From an uncultured cyanobacterium (lineage in GTDB: Bacteria; Cyanobacteriota; Cyanobacteriia; Cyanobacteriales; Cyanobacteriaceae): a stretch of 64,000 nucleotides of DNA. The notes beneath the pieces were generated by a model. It made no database searches, was not told the DNA's origin, and saw nothing but the letters and a program-made list of their open reading frames with translations. The stretch spans positions 448,001-512,000 of the forward strand of contig CAVVOP010000022.1 of the NCBI GenBank assembly GCA_963749915.1. The letters run 5' to 3'. Position numbers and translations under genes: made by a program. Each line of letters opens with the position of its first letter. Position 1 is the stretch's first letter. Shown here piece after piece: positions 43,722 to 54,422 of the stretch.

Positions 43722-44531
43722 TTATGTTTCGTAGGGAGTTTGCTGATTAAATGAAGGAGAGAAATAAGCTACCAATGCACCCAAAGCAAAACCAATGATA
43801 TTCCGGAATATGGGTAACCACTCAGAAGTCCGAGTAACAACAGGTCCCATACCGAAAGCAAAGAACAGAATCCCCCATAAAGGAGAAATAATTAACACCC
43901 ATTGCCATGCAAAAACCTGTCCTGGTTTACGAGGATGTCCTGCTATTCCGAATATAATACCGCCCACCACAGAAGTCACCAAAGTCAAAATCCATTGTTC
44001 CTGAGGTAATCCCGGAACGACAGAACAACCACCCTGTGCTAAACAACTTTTAACAGTACCTAAAGCCGCGGCAATAGAATTATTCTCCCCATTGTCACGA
44101 ACATAATACATATTCCCAAATCTAGTTTGTAATTCAATCCAAAAAGTACGAGGAAGCAATTTATAAACATTATCACCAACGCTAAAAGCTAGTAAATTTC
44201 CGCCCCTACCATCAGCCACTAAGAGAATACTTTGATCATCCAAATCCCAAAATTTAATCACTGCCCTTCCCGGAGATTGATCATATTGGGTTAAAATTCT
44301 TAACTTCCATCCTGTTTGTTGTTCAAAATCTTCTATCTGTTCAATTAAAGATTCTTCTTGCAACGTTGGTAAATAATTAGCTAAATCAACTACAGGAGTA
44401 ACCTCCGTCGGTAACAACTCAGGATTATTCACCGCAGAAGCCGAAGAATAGGGAATAAATAGCCATGTAGAAATACTAATCAAACCAATAACAAAGGCAA
44501 TAACAGTTTTATGGATTAGATGGTTTTGCAT
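43722..44531 (-). CDS. TPM domain membrane protein
   Basis: Signal sequence, VVDLANYL, GWKLRILTQ, ELQTRFGN, C..VPG, three C-terminal TM segments. Confidence 0.8.
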   Translation of the reverse strand: MQNHLIHKTVIAFVIGLISISTWLFIPYSSASAVNNPELLPTEVTPVVDLANYLPTLQEESLIEQIEDFEQQTGWKLRILTQYDQSPGRAVIKFWDLDDQSILLVADGRGGNLLAFSVGDNVYKLLPRTFWIELQTRFGNMYYVRDNGENNSIAAALGTVKSCLAQGGCSVVPGLPQEQWILTLVTSVVGGIIFGIAGHPRKPGQVFAWQWVLIISPLWGILFFAFGMGPVVTRTSEWLPIFRNIIGFALGALVAYFSPSFNQQTPYET

Positions 44532-44752
44532 AAGATTAACTTATAAAGGATATTTTAATTAAGAGTTCTTTAATTTTCGTTACAAATGTTAACTTTTATT
44601 TTAACCTAAGAACCATAACCAACGAGAAAATTTTTCTTGAACTGCTTTTGATTTCCATGAATACCCATAAATATGAGGAATTAATGATTGTCATAACTAA
44701 TAGACCATCAAGACAGAAACGAGGAACAAAAGTTATTAATTCTTAATTCTTC

Positions 44753-45694
44753 TTAATTTTTATCCACTTGATAGCCAAATTCAGCTAATCTCAACCGTGA
44801 TTGTCGCCATTTTGGTTCAACTTTGACAAATAATTCCAAATAAACTTTACCGCTTAATAATTTTTGCATTTGTTGACGAGAAGCCGTCCCAATTTCCTTT
44901 AACATACTCCCTTTATGACCAATCATAATTGATTTTTGAGAAGTTCGTTCCACACTGATGGCGGCATAAATCTTCGTTAGTTTCCTACCTTCTTCCATTT
45001 TTTCCACCGTCACCGCCACGGAATGGGGTATTTCTTCCTTCGTTAATAATAATATTTGTTCTCGGATTAGTTCGCCGATGATAAATCTTTCCGGTTGATC
45101 TGTTACTAAATCGGGGGGATAATAATAAGGACCAGGATCTAATTTTGTGATTAACTGTTGTTGTAAATTGTCTAATCCTTCTCCTGTTATCGCTGAAAAC
45201 TCCACCATCTGCCAGTTTTCCCGACAAATTTCTCGATAACTTTCCCTCAGTTTTTCTCTTTTTTCTCCCTGTAAATCAGTCTTATTTAACCCCAAAATTA
45301 TTGGTGTTTTACTATTTTGCAACAATTCTCCAATATAGCGATCGCCTCCCCCCGCCGGAGAAGAACCATCCACGACAAATAACACCAAATCCACGTTGTT
45401 AATAGCGGAGATGGCATTTTGAACTAAAACCTTGCCCAACTCATGGTGTGGCTTATGAATACCCGGAGTATCTACAAAAATAATTTGTGCCTCCGGGGTG
45501 GTTAAGATACCCCTTAAACGATTACGAGTGGTTTGTGGTACTGGAGAAGTGATAGCAATTTTTTCTCCCACTAATTGATTCATAAGGGTTGATTTCCCAA
45601 CATTTGGGCGCCCGATAATAGCGATAAAACCCGACTTAAATTCGGGAGAAGCAACAGGAATTACAGGCAAAAAAGATTCAATGGGGCTAGACAT
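44753..45694 (-). CDS. era: GTPase Era
   Basis: GRPNVGKST, QTTR, DTPG, NKTD, KH-domain EEIPHS and LELFVKV. Confidence 0.97.
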   Translation of the reverse strand: MSSPIESFLPVIPVASPEFKSGFIAIIGRPNVGKSTLMNQLVGEKIAITSPVPQTTRNRLRGILTTPEAQIIFVDTPGIHKPHHELGKVLVQNAISAINNVDLVLFVVDGSSPAGGGDRYIGELLQNSKTPIILGLNKTDLQGEKREKLRESYREICRENWQMVEFSAITGEGLDNLQQQLITKLDPGPYYYPPDLVTDQPERFIIGELIREQILLLTKEEIPHSVAVTVEKMEEGRKLTKIYAAISVERTSQKSIMIGHKGSMLKEIGTASRQQMQKLLSGKVYLELFVKVEPKWRQSRLRLAEFGYQVDKN

Positions 45695-46811
45695 GGGGAA
45701 AAATACCTAAAATATACTCACCTTGATTAACAGTATCGTTAGTAGAGACATCATAGATTATGCCTTCATCTACAGATTTAGTCTCTATTATAGTGGGCAT
45801 CTTCCCTTGTTTATTAAAGGATAGAAGTTGATAGAGAGTATCACCATGAGTAATTTTTGCTCCTTCAGATAATCTTTTGCGAATAATTCCCCCTTGGGGT
45901 GCATAATAACTTTTGATAGTATTTTTCGGGATAAATTTGGTGGTTTTTGAGGGTAACATAACATCTAAATTAAGGATATTTTTGCCGGCTAAATAGTTAA
46001 TAATGCCCCTAACTCCCTTATTAACAGATTCTTCATTAACCTTCATCCCTGAGCCTAATTCTAACGTCCATGATTCCACATCAAAAGTAATGTTTCTTCC
46101 TGCTTGAATAAACTTTTTTTCTAAAACTAACCAAGGATTTAAAAAAGCTTCATCAAAGGCATTGCCGTCATATTTATTCATTAAAATAGCGTAATCTAAG
46201 AGAAAATAATCAGCACTTTTTTGACGATAGTCGAAACAATATAAATAGTCGATCGACGATACACTAGAGCTGTGAATATCAATTATATAATTAGCATTTA
46301 AAGACAAAGATTGTAAAATGTTGCGGTAATGTTCAGAAAAAGAAACCCCTCTATTTTTGTTAACGGATTTAAGTTTCTTAGCAAATTTAGCTAGTATCTG
46401 CCCTAAAAATCTTGTCTGTATTTCTTCCTTATCTAAATTAAGATTATCCCTAACAAATGTATTAATATCCACACTTTCGTGACTATAATCCCAAAAAATT
46501 CGATTCCAATTATGACCATCATAAGGGCTATATCTTCCTGTAGAAAAGAACAAATTTCGCTGATTAACTCCTGTTGGATTACATGTCGGAACTAACAAAA
46601 TTTCCCCGTTAACATCATCACCATTTAATTGATTGAAAAACTGCAACAGTTCGTAAATAACTGCATTACCAACAATTTCTGCTCCATGTAAATTAGCTTG
46701 AATATAGGCTTTTTTATTTCCAGTTTTACCCTTAATTTGATAAGTTTTTATTTGTAAAATATCACCACTAGCAAGAGTTTGAAGATTAATTAATTGGCAA
46801 ACAGGTTTCAT
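45687..46811 (-). CDS. Succinylglutamate desuccinylase/aspartoacylase family protein
   Basis: QANLHGAEI.G, NWNR.F, IDIHS, TLELG, C-terminal lipoyl-like segment. Confidence 0.85.
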   Translation of the reverse strand: MKPVCQLINLQTLASGDILQIKTYQIKGKTGNKKAYIQANLHGAEIVGNAVIYELLQFFNQLNGDDVNGEILLVPTCNPTGVNQRNLFFSTGRYSPYDGHNWNRIFWDYSHESVDINTFVRDNLNLDKEEIQTRFLGQILAKFAKKLKSVNKNRGVSFSEHYRNILQSLSLNANYIIDIHSSSVSSIDYLYCFDYRQKSADYFLLDYAILMNKYDGNAFDEAFLNPWLVLEKKFIQAGRNITFDVESWTLELGSGMKVNEESVNKGVRGIINYLAGKNILNLDVMLPSKTTKFIPKNTIKSYYAPQGGIIRKRLSEGAKITHGDTLYQLLSFNKQGKMPTIIETKSVDEGIIYDVSTNDTVNQGEYILGIFPHV

Positions 46812-47390
46812 AAAAAATCACCAAAGTTGTATTAGTATATCTTAATTGTTAGTCAATTGCTCAACTGAAAGTACAAACTGACGATGCTCTTTGCCAGACT
46901 ATTAAATCGGGAAAACTTTGAGCTGGTTCTCTTTTTATTCTGAATCCTTAATTCTGACTTCTGACTCCTTGATTAATACATATATTTGTCTCAATCTTAA
47001 TTGAAATAACGATAAAAACTAACTTGGCTAGGGCTTGATCAATAGATTTATTTTCTTTAGCTAATACTTGAGGTTGGTAAATATTAAAAAAATATAAAGA
47101 ATAATTTAGAGACTATAAAATATATCAAATTTAACAAAATGATAAAAAATGTTAGGTTAATCTTGATAGCTAATATAGCTGAATTTAATTTGCTCTAACA
47201 AGATTAGCTATGAGCTAATAGGTAAACTTAAGTGCAAAAATGTAACAAATTATTCAAAATCTTTGATGTCATTGTTTATTTACATTAATTGAAGTTTATT
47301 CGGTTCAAATTTTTAGTTATTTAAGCAAAAAAAAAGGCATTTTATCTGAAATTACGGTTAAGAGAAAATAGTTCAAGGAGGAAAAAGGTT

Positions 47391-49001
47391 ATGGCTTACA
47401 CAATTCCCCAAAATTGCGACAGATGTGGTATTTGTTTACCTGAATGTCCTACAGATGCTATTCAAATGGATCAAGAAAATAATCAATATTGGATAGAACC
47501 AGGTTTATGTAATAACTGTGAAGATGAAGATGGGGAACCTTTATGTGTTAGCAGTTGTCCCGATAGTTTCCCTCTTCCCTTACCTGTTAAAAAAGGCAGA
47601 TATAAAGCTGAACCAAGAGTTTGGAGTACCCATCATCTTTTTCCTAACGGTCAGAATAATCCCATCGCATCCTCGATGGTGATTTGGGAAGCCTGTAATG
47701 TACTGGCGAAAGGATCAGTTTTTCCTTGGCAAACTGATAACAATGGCAAAATTTATTGTGAGCGTCAGGTTAAACAGGGAAAAGGAAAGATTGAATTTCG
47801 TCTGACTGAGGATTTCAGTTCTGATACTCCCGAGATTCTTAGCTTTACAGATGCTAGCTCTAGTCTTGAGCAGATGGATATTCGTGCTACTTGCATGCAT
47901 TTAATCTTCGCAGCCTCTGCTACCACCTTAGAAAGACCTTGGGAACAAGAGTTCGTAATCGATAACAAGCAAATTGAAACTTATTTAGGCTTAGATAAAC
48001 GCAAAGATCTAAGTAAAGCGGCTAAACTGACTTTAATTAAGACCTTAGTACAACAACCTTGTAAACTAATTGCTACTATTGACTGGTTTCAACAGGGAAA
48101 GATTCAATCCTTTTCTGTACCAGAAGACCGTGTTTGGCATTTAGTTGCCATCGAAAACCAGTTTCAAAAAGATGCCCAAGGCTACCAACATCTTGTCGGC
48201 ATGACTTTTAGACTAAAGGCCGGAATCTGGGCACAGTATTTTCTTAACAAACAAGGGTATAAAAAATACGTGGCTTATTATCAATACGGCACCTTGCCCA
48301 AATTTTTGTTAAGTACCGTTATGAGTATTTGGCATCAACACGAAGGGACAGTAAGGATAATGCTGTGGCTGCTGTTTAAAAGCAAAATGGGGAAACAACA
48401 ACGTCTTACTGTTTCCAAGTTAATGTATGTTGCTTATGGAGAAGCAACAGTCAAAGAAGCTTCCTTATATCGAGAAAAACGAAAGCGAATGCTACGCAGA
48501 TTTGAGAGCGACTTAGAAATTCTCAATGATTATCAAATCAAGCCTATTTTCGATCCTGTTACCTATCCGACCAGAATTCAGCCTTTGTGGGCGAGATTAG
48601 CTGATATTCCTGATGATGCAGACGAAGCAATGGAGTTTTGGATTAACGATGCTTCCAGTGAAAATAGTCTTACCGATCCTGCACCACGGGGAAAATGGGA
48701 CTTACTAATGAATGCTCGGATTCTCCAGTTTGAATTCCCTCCAGAATGGGAGAAAGAATTGTCTCGTTGGGAAAACAAAAAAGAACGAAAAACTCGCGGG
48801 AAAAAACAAGTTAAAGATTTATCCTCCCTGAGTGCTGAACTAATTGCTAATTCCAGAAAAAGTCTGGGAATCAGCCAGAGGAAATTAGCACAGCTATTAG
48901 GCAAAAGCCAAAGCTGGATTCGAGATGTCGAGAAAGGTCGTTTTTCGGTTAAACTAGGCGATAGCTTAAAGCTAATGGAAGTGTTACAAATTGATTGTTA
49001 G
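47391..49001 (+). CDS. cnfR: CnfR/PatB-type regulator (N-terminal 2x[4Fe-4S], C-terminal XRE HTH)
   Basis: CDRCGICLPECP and CNNC...CVSSCP ferredoxin motifs; C-terminal SQRKLAQLLGKSQSWIRDVEKGR; 536 aa. Confidence 0.8.
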   Translation: MAYTIPQNCDRCGICLPECPTDAIQMDQENNQYWIEPGLCNNCEDEDGEPLCVSSCPDSFPLPLPVKKGRYKAEPRVWSTHHLFPNGQNNPIASSMVIWEACNVLAKGSVFPWQTDNNGKIYCERQVKQGKGKIEFRLTEDFSSDTPEILSFTDASSSLEQMDIRATCMHLIFAASATTLERPWEQEFVIDNKQIETYLGLDKRKDLSKAAKLTLIKTLVQQPCKLIATIDWFQQGKIQSFSVPEDRVWHLVAIENQFQKDAQGYQHLVGMTFRLKAGIWAQYFLNKQGYKKYVAYYQYGTLPKFLLSTVMSIWHQHEGTVRIMLWLLFKSKMGKQQRLTVSKLMYVAYGEATVKEASLYREKRKRMLRRFESDLEILNDYQIKPIFDPVTYPTRIQPLWARLADIPDDADEAMEFWINDASSENSLTDPAPRGKWDLLMNARILQFEFPPEWEKELSRWENKKERKTRGKKQVKDLSSLSAELIANSRKSLGISQRKLAQLLGKSQSWIRDVEKGRFSVKLGDSLKLMEVLQIDC

Positions 49002-49213
49002 AGTTCATTTCCTCAATCTTCATACTACTTGTATGGAAAAAAAAACAATGGGGAATAACTCAGCTACATAATGCCTTTTTTTTTTAATGAGTCAAGTAGT
49101 TTGGTGAAAAAGAAGATTTATTAACTCAAATATTAGCATTAAATTTGGCGATTACCGAAACAGGAAATAATAGTAAATAATTCTAAATTCTAAATTCTAA
49201 ATTCCAAATTCTG

Positions 49214-49243
49214 TTGACAGTTGATCCACAATTCAGATAGGAT
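49214..49243 (+). promoter_or_regulatory. Putative sigma70-type promoter of sodB
   Basis: TTGACA (49214-49219), 18 nt, TAGGAT (49238-49243). Confidence 0.45.
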
Positions 49244-49275
49244 GAGGCAAGTAACCGATAATTACGATTAATAAT

Positions 49276-49881
49276 ATGGCTTATCAATTACCAACTCTTC
49301 CTTTCGATTACACTGCGTTAGAGCCTTGTATCTCTAAAAGTACCTTAGAATTCCATCATGACAAGCATCACGCTGCCTATGTAAACAATTTTAACAATGC
49401 AGTGGCCGGTACAGATTTAGACTCTAAATCCCTTGAAGAAGTCATTACAGTCACGGCTACTAACCCCAGTCAAGCAGGTATTTTCAATAATGCTGCCCAA
49501 GCATGGAATCATAGTTTCTACTGGCAGTGTATGAAACCCAATGGCGGTGGTACTCCCAGTGGTTCATTAGCTGATAAAATTAAAGCCGATTTTGGTAGTT
49601 TTGATAAGTTTGTAGAAGCCTTTAAAACTGCTGGTGCCACTCAGTTTGGCAGTGGTTGGGCATGGTTAGTATTAGACCATGGTACTTTAAAAGTTACCAA
49701 AACCAGTAACGCTGATAATCCTCTCACCGCAGGACAAACTCCCTTACTAACGATGGATGTGTGGGAACACGCTTACTATTTAGATTATCAAAACAAACGT
49801 CCCGATTACATCAACGATTTTCTCGGTAAGTTAGTTAACTGGGATTTCGTAGCGGAAAATTTAGCTAAAGCAACTGCTTAA
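49276..49881 (+). CDS. sodB: Fe superoxide dismutase
   Basis: HHDKHHAAY, FNNAAQAWNH (Fe type), QFGSGWAW, DVWEHAYY. Confidence 0.96.
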   Translation: MAYQLPTLPFDYTALEPCISKSTLEFHHDKHHAAYVNNFNNAVAGTDLDSKSLEEVITVTATNPSQAGIFNNAAQAWNHSFYWQCMKPNGGGTPSGSLADKIKADFGSFDKFVEAFKTAGATQFGSGWAWLVLDHGTLKVTKTSNADNPLTAGQTPLLTMDVWEHAYYLDYQNKRPDYINDFLGKLVNWDFVAENLAKATA

Positions 49882-49890
49882 ATTTGTCTG

Positions 49891-49914
49891 TTTACCCCCT
49901 AAATGGGGGATAAA
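49891..49914 (+). terminator. Hairpin after sodB
   Basis: ttta-cccc...gggg-a-taaa inverted repeat 10 nt after the stop codon. Confidence 0.55.
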
Positions 49915-50131
49915 TGAGTTTATGTGATTTTGAAAAAAGTCCTCAGTATTAGAAATTTAGGTTTTTCTACAGTAGTTATCATAAATTAATAGAAAATAAT
50001 TAATACAACCATTTATCATACTCAAAGCAGAAGAGCCGAAATTTAGGAGCGAAATCTATCAAAAATAATGATTATTAATATCCCCAAATATAGGGATTCT
50101 AGGGCTATCTTTTATCAATTGTTGAAAATCT

Positions 50132-51241
50132 TTGTTTTCTGAAAAAAGCGATCGCAAATTAATTATTAACCTATCTATGTTGGTTAAAAAACCGACAGGT
50201 ATTACTAATTATATTAATAATATTCTACCTTATTTCTCTACACTAGAATATCATAGTCTGTTAGCGAAAAATTACTATAATGAGGGCTACAAAAATCCTT
50301 ATTTCATCAGTGAAAAATTAAGCCCAGATAATGGCAGTAAAGGGCATTTTTTAAGGTTAAAGTGGACTCAATTTCAGTTACCTAATATTTACTATAATTT
50401 AAACGCTAATTTGTTGTTTTCTCCTGTGCCAGAAATGCCATTATTTTCTCAAACTAAAGCAGTAGTGATGGTGCATGATTTAATACCTATTCGTTTCCCG
50501 AAAAAAAAGTCTCCTCTTACCCCCTATTTTCGTTATTATATCCCCCAAGTTTGCCGACAAGCTCAACATATTATCTGCAATTCTCAGGCAACGGCGGACG
50601 ATATTATTAATTATTTTCAGATTTCTGCTAATAAAATTACTCCTATTTATTTAGGTTATAATCGGCAATTTTTTAGAGTGATTGAAGGTTTAAAACATAA
50701 TAATAAAACACCTTATTTTGTTTATTTAGGTAGACATGATCCCCATAAAAATGTCTCTAAAATCATCTCCGCTTTTGCCCAATTTAAACAGCATAAAAAC
50801 TATCAATTATGGTTAGCAGGACCTCCTGACGATCGCTATACTCCATTATTACAACAACAAGCCCAGGAATTAGGTATCGCTACCCAAGTAAAATTTTTAG
50901 ATTATGTTTCTTCTCCGGATTTAGCGATCATACTTAATCAAGCTCAAGCCCTTATTTTTCCAACTCTTTGGGAAGGTTTTGGTTTTCCTGTTTTAGAGGC
51001 GATCGCCTGTGGCACTCCTGTCGTGACTTCTAATGTGTCTTCTTTACCAGAGGTGGCTGGAGAGGCAGCATTATTGGTCAACCCCCATGATACAAAAAGT
51101 ATTAGCAACGCCATGAATTTGATAGCTGAGGATGATAGTTTACGATGGCAATTAAGAGAATTAGGCTTAAAAAGGGCAACAAATTTTAGTTGGGAAAAAA
51201 CAGGAGAAGAGACGGTAAAAGTAATTAAAAAATATTCATAA
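50132..51241 (+). CDS. Glycosyltransferase family 4 (mannosyltransferase-like)
   Basis: HDLIP, GRHDPHKN, EGFGFPVLEA.ACG.PV, SLPEV.G. Confidence 0.9.
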   Translation: MFSEKSDRKLIINLSMLVKKPTGITNYINNILPYFSTLEYHSLLAKNYYNEGYKNPYFISEKLSPDNGSKGHFLRLKWTQFQLPNIYYNLNANLLFSPVPEMPLFSQTKAVVMVHDLIPIRFPKKKSPLTPYFRYYIPQVCRQAQHIICNSQATADDIINYFQISANKITPIYLGYNRQFFRVIEGLKHNNKTPYFVYLGRHDPHKNVSKIISAFAQFKQHKNYQLWLAGPPDDRYTPLLQQQAQELGIATQVKFLDYVSSPDLAIILNQAQALIFPTLWEGFGFPVLEAIACGTPVVTSNVSSLPEVAGEAALLVNPHDTKSISNAMNLIAEDDSLRWQLRELGLKRATNFSWEKTGEETVKVIKKYS

Positions 51242-51245
51242 TTTT

Positions 51246-52151
51246 GGCTCTTCTACAGTGAGTATGACAAATTAAGTACAAAAACAAAGTCACAAAATGG
51301 TAAAATTTTACACAAGTGAAGCGATCAGTTCTGATAAATAGATGCTACCTCGCTTTTAAACTATTAGGAAAATTAATCAAATTTTTAAATAAAACAATAA
51401 TTTTTATCTTATGCCTTCTAATTCCTCTCTTCATCTTATCACTAAACTTATTAATTTTGAGGGAGTCAAAGCTACTGATTACCATTTTATTACTGACAAC
51501 GAAATTTTAATTACATTATCGAATCAAACATCAGAGTCAACTTGCCCTTATTGTCATACTATTACTAATAAAATACACCAAGATCATTATTATCGAATTA
51601 GAGATATACCTTTGAGTGGTTATGATGTGTTTTTAAATATTAACCGCCGTCAATTTCGATGTATTCATTGCCAGAAAATTTTTAGTGAAGAGTTAAATTT
51701 TGTCAAAAAAAGAAGGACTTATACAACTAGATTGGCAGAGAAAGTAGTTAAGGAAGTGCTAGAAAGTGATATTTTAAACACTGCCAAAAGAAATGGAATG
51801 ACTCCCAGAGAAATAGAAACCTTATCAAAAGAAAAATCAGAAGATTTATTAGAAGAAAAACCAAAGGATTTAAAAAGATTAGGAATTGATGAAATAACTC
51901 AGTTAAAAGGAGGAAAGAATTACGCCGCAGTGTTAGTGGATTTAGACAAAAAAAAACCGATAGCAATTTTAGAGAACAGAAGTAAAGAGACAATCGGAAA
52001 ATACTTGATAAGTCTGGGTTGTGAGGTGTTAAATCAAATTGAAGAAGTCAGCATAGATTTGTGGATAGGATATAAAACTTTGGCATTGGAGTTAATGCCA
52101 AATGCCAATATAGTGGCAGATAGATTCCATGTAATGAAACAAATAAATGAG
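51246..52151 (+). mobile_element. ISL3-family IS, copy 1 (3'-truncated); transposase fragment 51411-52154
   Basis: Left IR GGCTCTTCTACAGT. Transposase with zf-ISL3 CPYC/CIHC, GIDE and ADRFHV motifs. Near-identical to copy 2 until it stops at QINE. Confidence 0.92.
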
Positions 52152-52439
52152 TAGTCAAAGTATAGACGATTTTAGATATCGCTAATACAATCCTAGATGA
52201 AATGGTTGAATGTGTTAAAATTTTTCTGAATTTATCTATCTTAAATCAATTCTGATAATAACTGGAAGCTAGGTATAATAAGTGTTCTCCCCTTTTTTCT
52301 AATTATTCAAACCAATGAACACACAAAATGAACTAAAAATTGACTGTTTCTTTCCTCAATTTTCTCTTGCTTTTAGATTAATTATTGCAAGCTTCATCGG
52401 CATTTGGCACTAGCTTTACTTTTATTCAAAATGGTTTTC

Positions 52440-53505
52440 CTAACTGGAACAATATTGGTTTTTTTTCAGGTAATGTAATAATATTGATGGTTTTTCAACT
52501 TTTGACACCAAAGATAACAATTCTGAAGATGAATTAACGGCTTGTGATCTTTTGAATTATATATTCAGCGAGACAATTCATGACCTTAATTTCTTAATCA
52601 GTTAGTTTTTCCCATAATTCTAATAATTTATTATTCATCTTTTTTTGAATGGTGTTATTAATTTAATATTTTTCAGCCATAATTGTTGAAATAAATCTTG
52701 AGAAATGTAGCCCTTATCTCCAAATAATCGACCCCATAAATCCTTCGTTAAATAAGGTACTGTTTTTCTATCGTCCACATTACCTTTTGTTATTTGAAAT
52801 GCCAATATTTCTCCCAATTCATTAATAATTAAATGTAATTTAAAGCCGAAGTACCAGTCTATAGAGCTTTTTCCCCAATGAGCCAAGTTATCAAAAACTT
52901 TATTTCTTTTGGCTCTTTTATTGTGGCAAATAGGAATACCCATTGTATCGATAAAAGAAATTCCTGTACATGATCCTTTACGAGTATTGAGATAAAAAAT
53001 TAAAGGAATTAAAGCGGAAGATTTAAGTTGAACAAAACGATTATAACTGACCAAATTAGGAAAATCTTGAAAATGATAAACCTGAATATGATTTTGATAA
53101 TAGTGTTTAAAGTTTCGATAACTAGAATGATGAAAATAAATAATAATAGTCATAATTTCACTCAAGGATAATCGACTATTTTTGATTCTTTTTTTCTGTT
53201 TAGATGATAAAATTTGACGATTAAAAGATGGTTCAAAAATTAAACAGAAATCATCTACATCATAGAAAAGTGTTTCTAATTCCATAAAAATTAATTTTTA
53301 AAAAATAACATATTGATTATGAAATTAATTTAAAAAAAAAAGGAGATATTAGCAATGAAATTTAATAAATATTCAGAAAAATTAACTTATTAATCTGGGT
53401 AGAACTTTTAATACATTAAGAATTGTAAAATAGCGAAAAATAGTATAAACCCAAAACTCATATAAGTTAAGAGTTTGAGACTATTTTCTTATATCGAACT
53501 CAGGT
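52440..53505 (-). mobile_element. IS982-family IS remnant; transposase 52635-53285 with decayed 3' end
   Basis: VDDFC, SEIMTI, SYNRFV, FIDT, WYFGFKLH, FGDKGYIS motifs; end sequence ACCTGAGTTCGATATAAG starting at 53505; the lower boundary is approximate. Confidence 0.85.
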
Positions 53506-53583
53506 ATATTAGGAACAGCAACGGCATTATGCTTCGGGACTATGTTGAAACGTAAAAATACTTTGAATAAAGAAGCTAAATAA
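53506..53583 (+). pseudogene. Orphan 3' end of a PEP-CTERM-type sorting-signal gene
   Basis: ILGTATALCFGTMLKRKNTLNKEAK* begins exactly at the IS982 end. Confidence 0.65.
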
Positions 53584-53621
53584 TATCGATACAAGTACAA
53601 AAATGATAAATAAACTTGAAT

Positions 53622-53647
53622 GACGGCTACTACAGTCGTCTTTTTTT
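53622..53647 (+). terminator. Rho-independent terminator
   Basis: gacggct...agtcgtc stem followed by T7. Confidence 0.7.
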
Positions 53648-53749
53648 ATGTCTCAAAACCGATCGCATTTGAGACTAATATGAATGCAATTAGGTATTGC
53701 TTATGGGGTTAATTGCTTTTAAAGTGAATTATTATTCATTAATATTGGA

Positions 53750-54175
53750 TTAATATTTATCTAGAAACATAAGTTTAAAGTCAGTTGCATTAACAATATC
53801 AATACCCTCAAAAGAATTTAAAACTAGCAAGTCTAAATCACCAGTAATAATAAAATTAACTGGAATAGATAAAGCAGCTTCTAAAACTATTTTATCCTTT
53901 AAATCTCTTAATTCAGAAATCTCTAATATTGATTTTGGTTGGCATAATTTAGTAATTAACTTGACACCATTAACTAACTCTTGAGTTGAATAATTTAGTT
54001 GTTTTAATCTCTTTTGTAACTTTTCTTTAGCTAAGGTTTCTTCTAGCTCTTTTAATAAAGAATTAGAAATATAAATAGTTGCTGAATTATTCTCTGCTAA
54101 CTGAATTATCTGACGAGGAATACCACCCCATAATAGACCTGAAATCCAGATATTCGTATCAAGTAATAGTTTCAC
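53750..54175 (-). CDS. PIN-family toxin
   Basis: LLDTNIWISGLL, ELEETL, RD.KD..VLEAA, IITGD.DLL. Confidence 0.9.
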   Translation of the reverse strand: MKLLLDTNIWISGLLWGGIPRQIIQLAENNSATIYISNSLLKELEETLAKEKLQKRLKQLNYSTQELVNGVKLITKLCQPKSILEISELRDLKDKIVLEAALSIPVNFIITGDLDLLVLNSFEGIDIVNATDFKLMFLDKY

Positions 54176-54390
54176 TACCCAGCTCTATCTTCCCGAACTT
54201 CTTTCACCAAAGAGACAATTTCTTCTGTGGACAATTGCTCCTTATCTTCTCCTAAATCATCTATTTTTTGCCATAACTGAGTCAAAGTATTTTCTCTTTT
54301 GGTAAACTGCTTAATTAACTGATATACTTCTTCTAATTTTTCTTCGGGAATATTATCAATTTCAGCTTTAATTAAATCTGCTATTGTCAT
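54175..54390 (-). CDS. Putative antitoxin
   Basis: 71 aa; overlaps the toxin start by 1 bp; EIDNIPEEKLEEVYQLI and EEIVSLVKEVR. Confidence 0.75.
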   Translation of the reverse strand: MTIADLIKAEIDNIPEEKLEEVYQLIKQFTKRENTLTQLWQKIDDLGEDKEQLSTEEIVSLVKEVREDRAG

Positions 54391-54422
54391 TATATATTTC
54401 CTTTTGCTGATCTAATAATAAT

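Noticed and set aside
47242..47255. NtcA box upstream of cnfR
   Set aside because: Reads GTA-N8-TTC, not GTA-N8-TAC; too weak in such AT-rich DNA
51316..51510. 64-aa ORF (identical copy at 54493-54687)
   Set aside because: Alternative-frame overlap of the ISL3 left end; its duplication only reflects the IS copies
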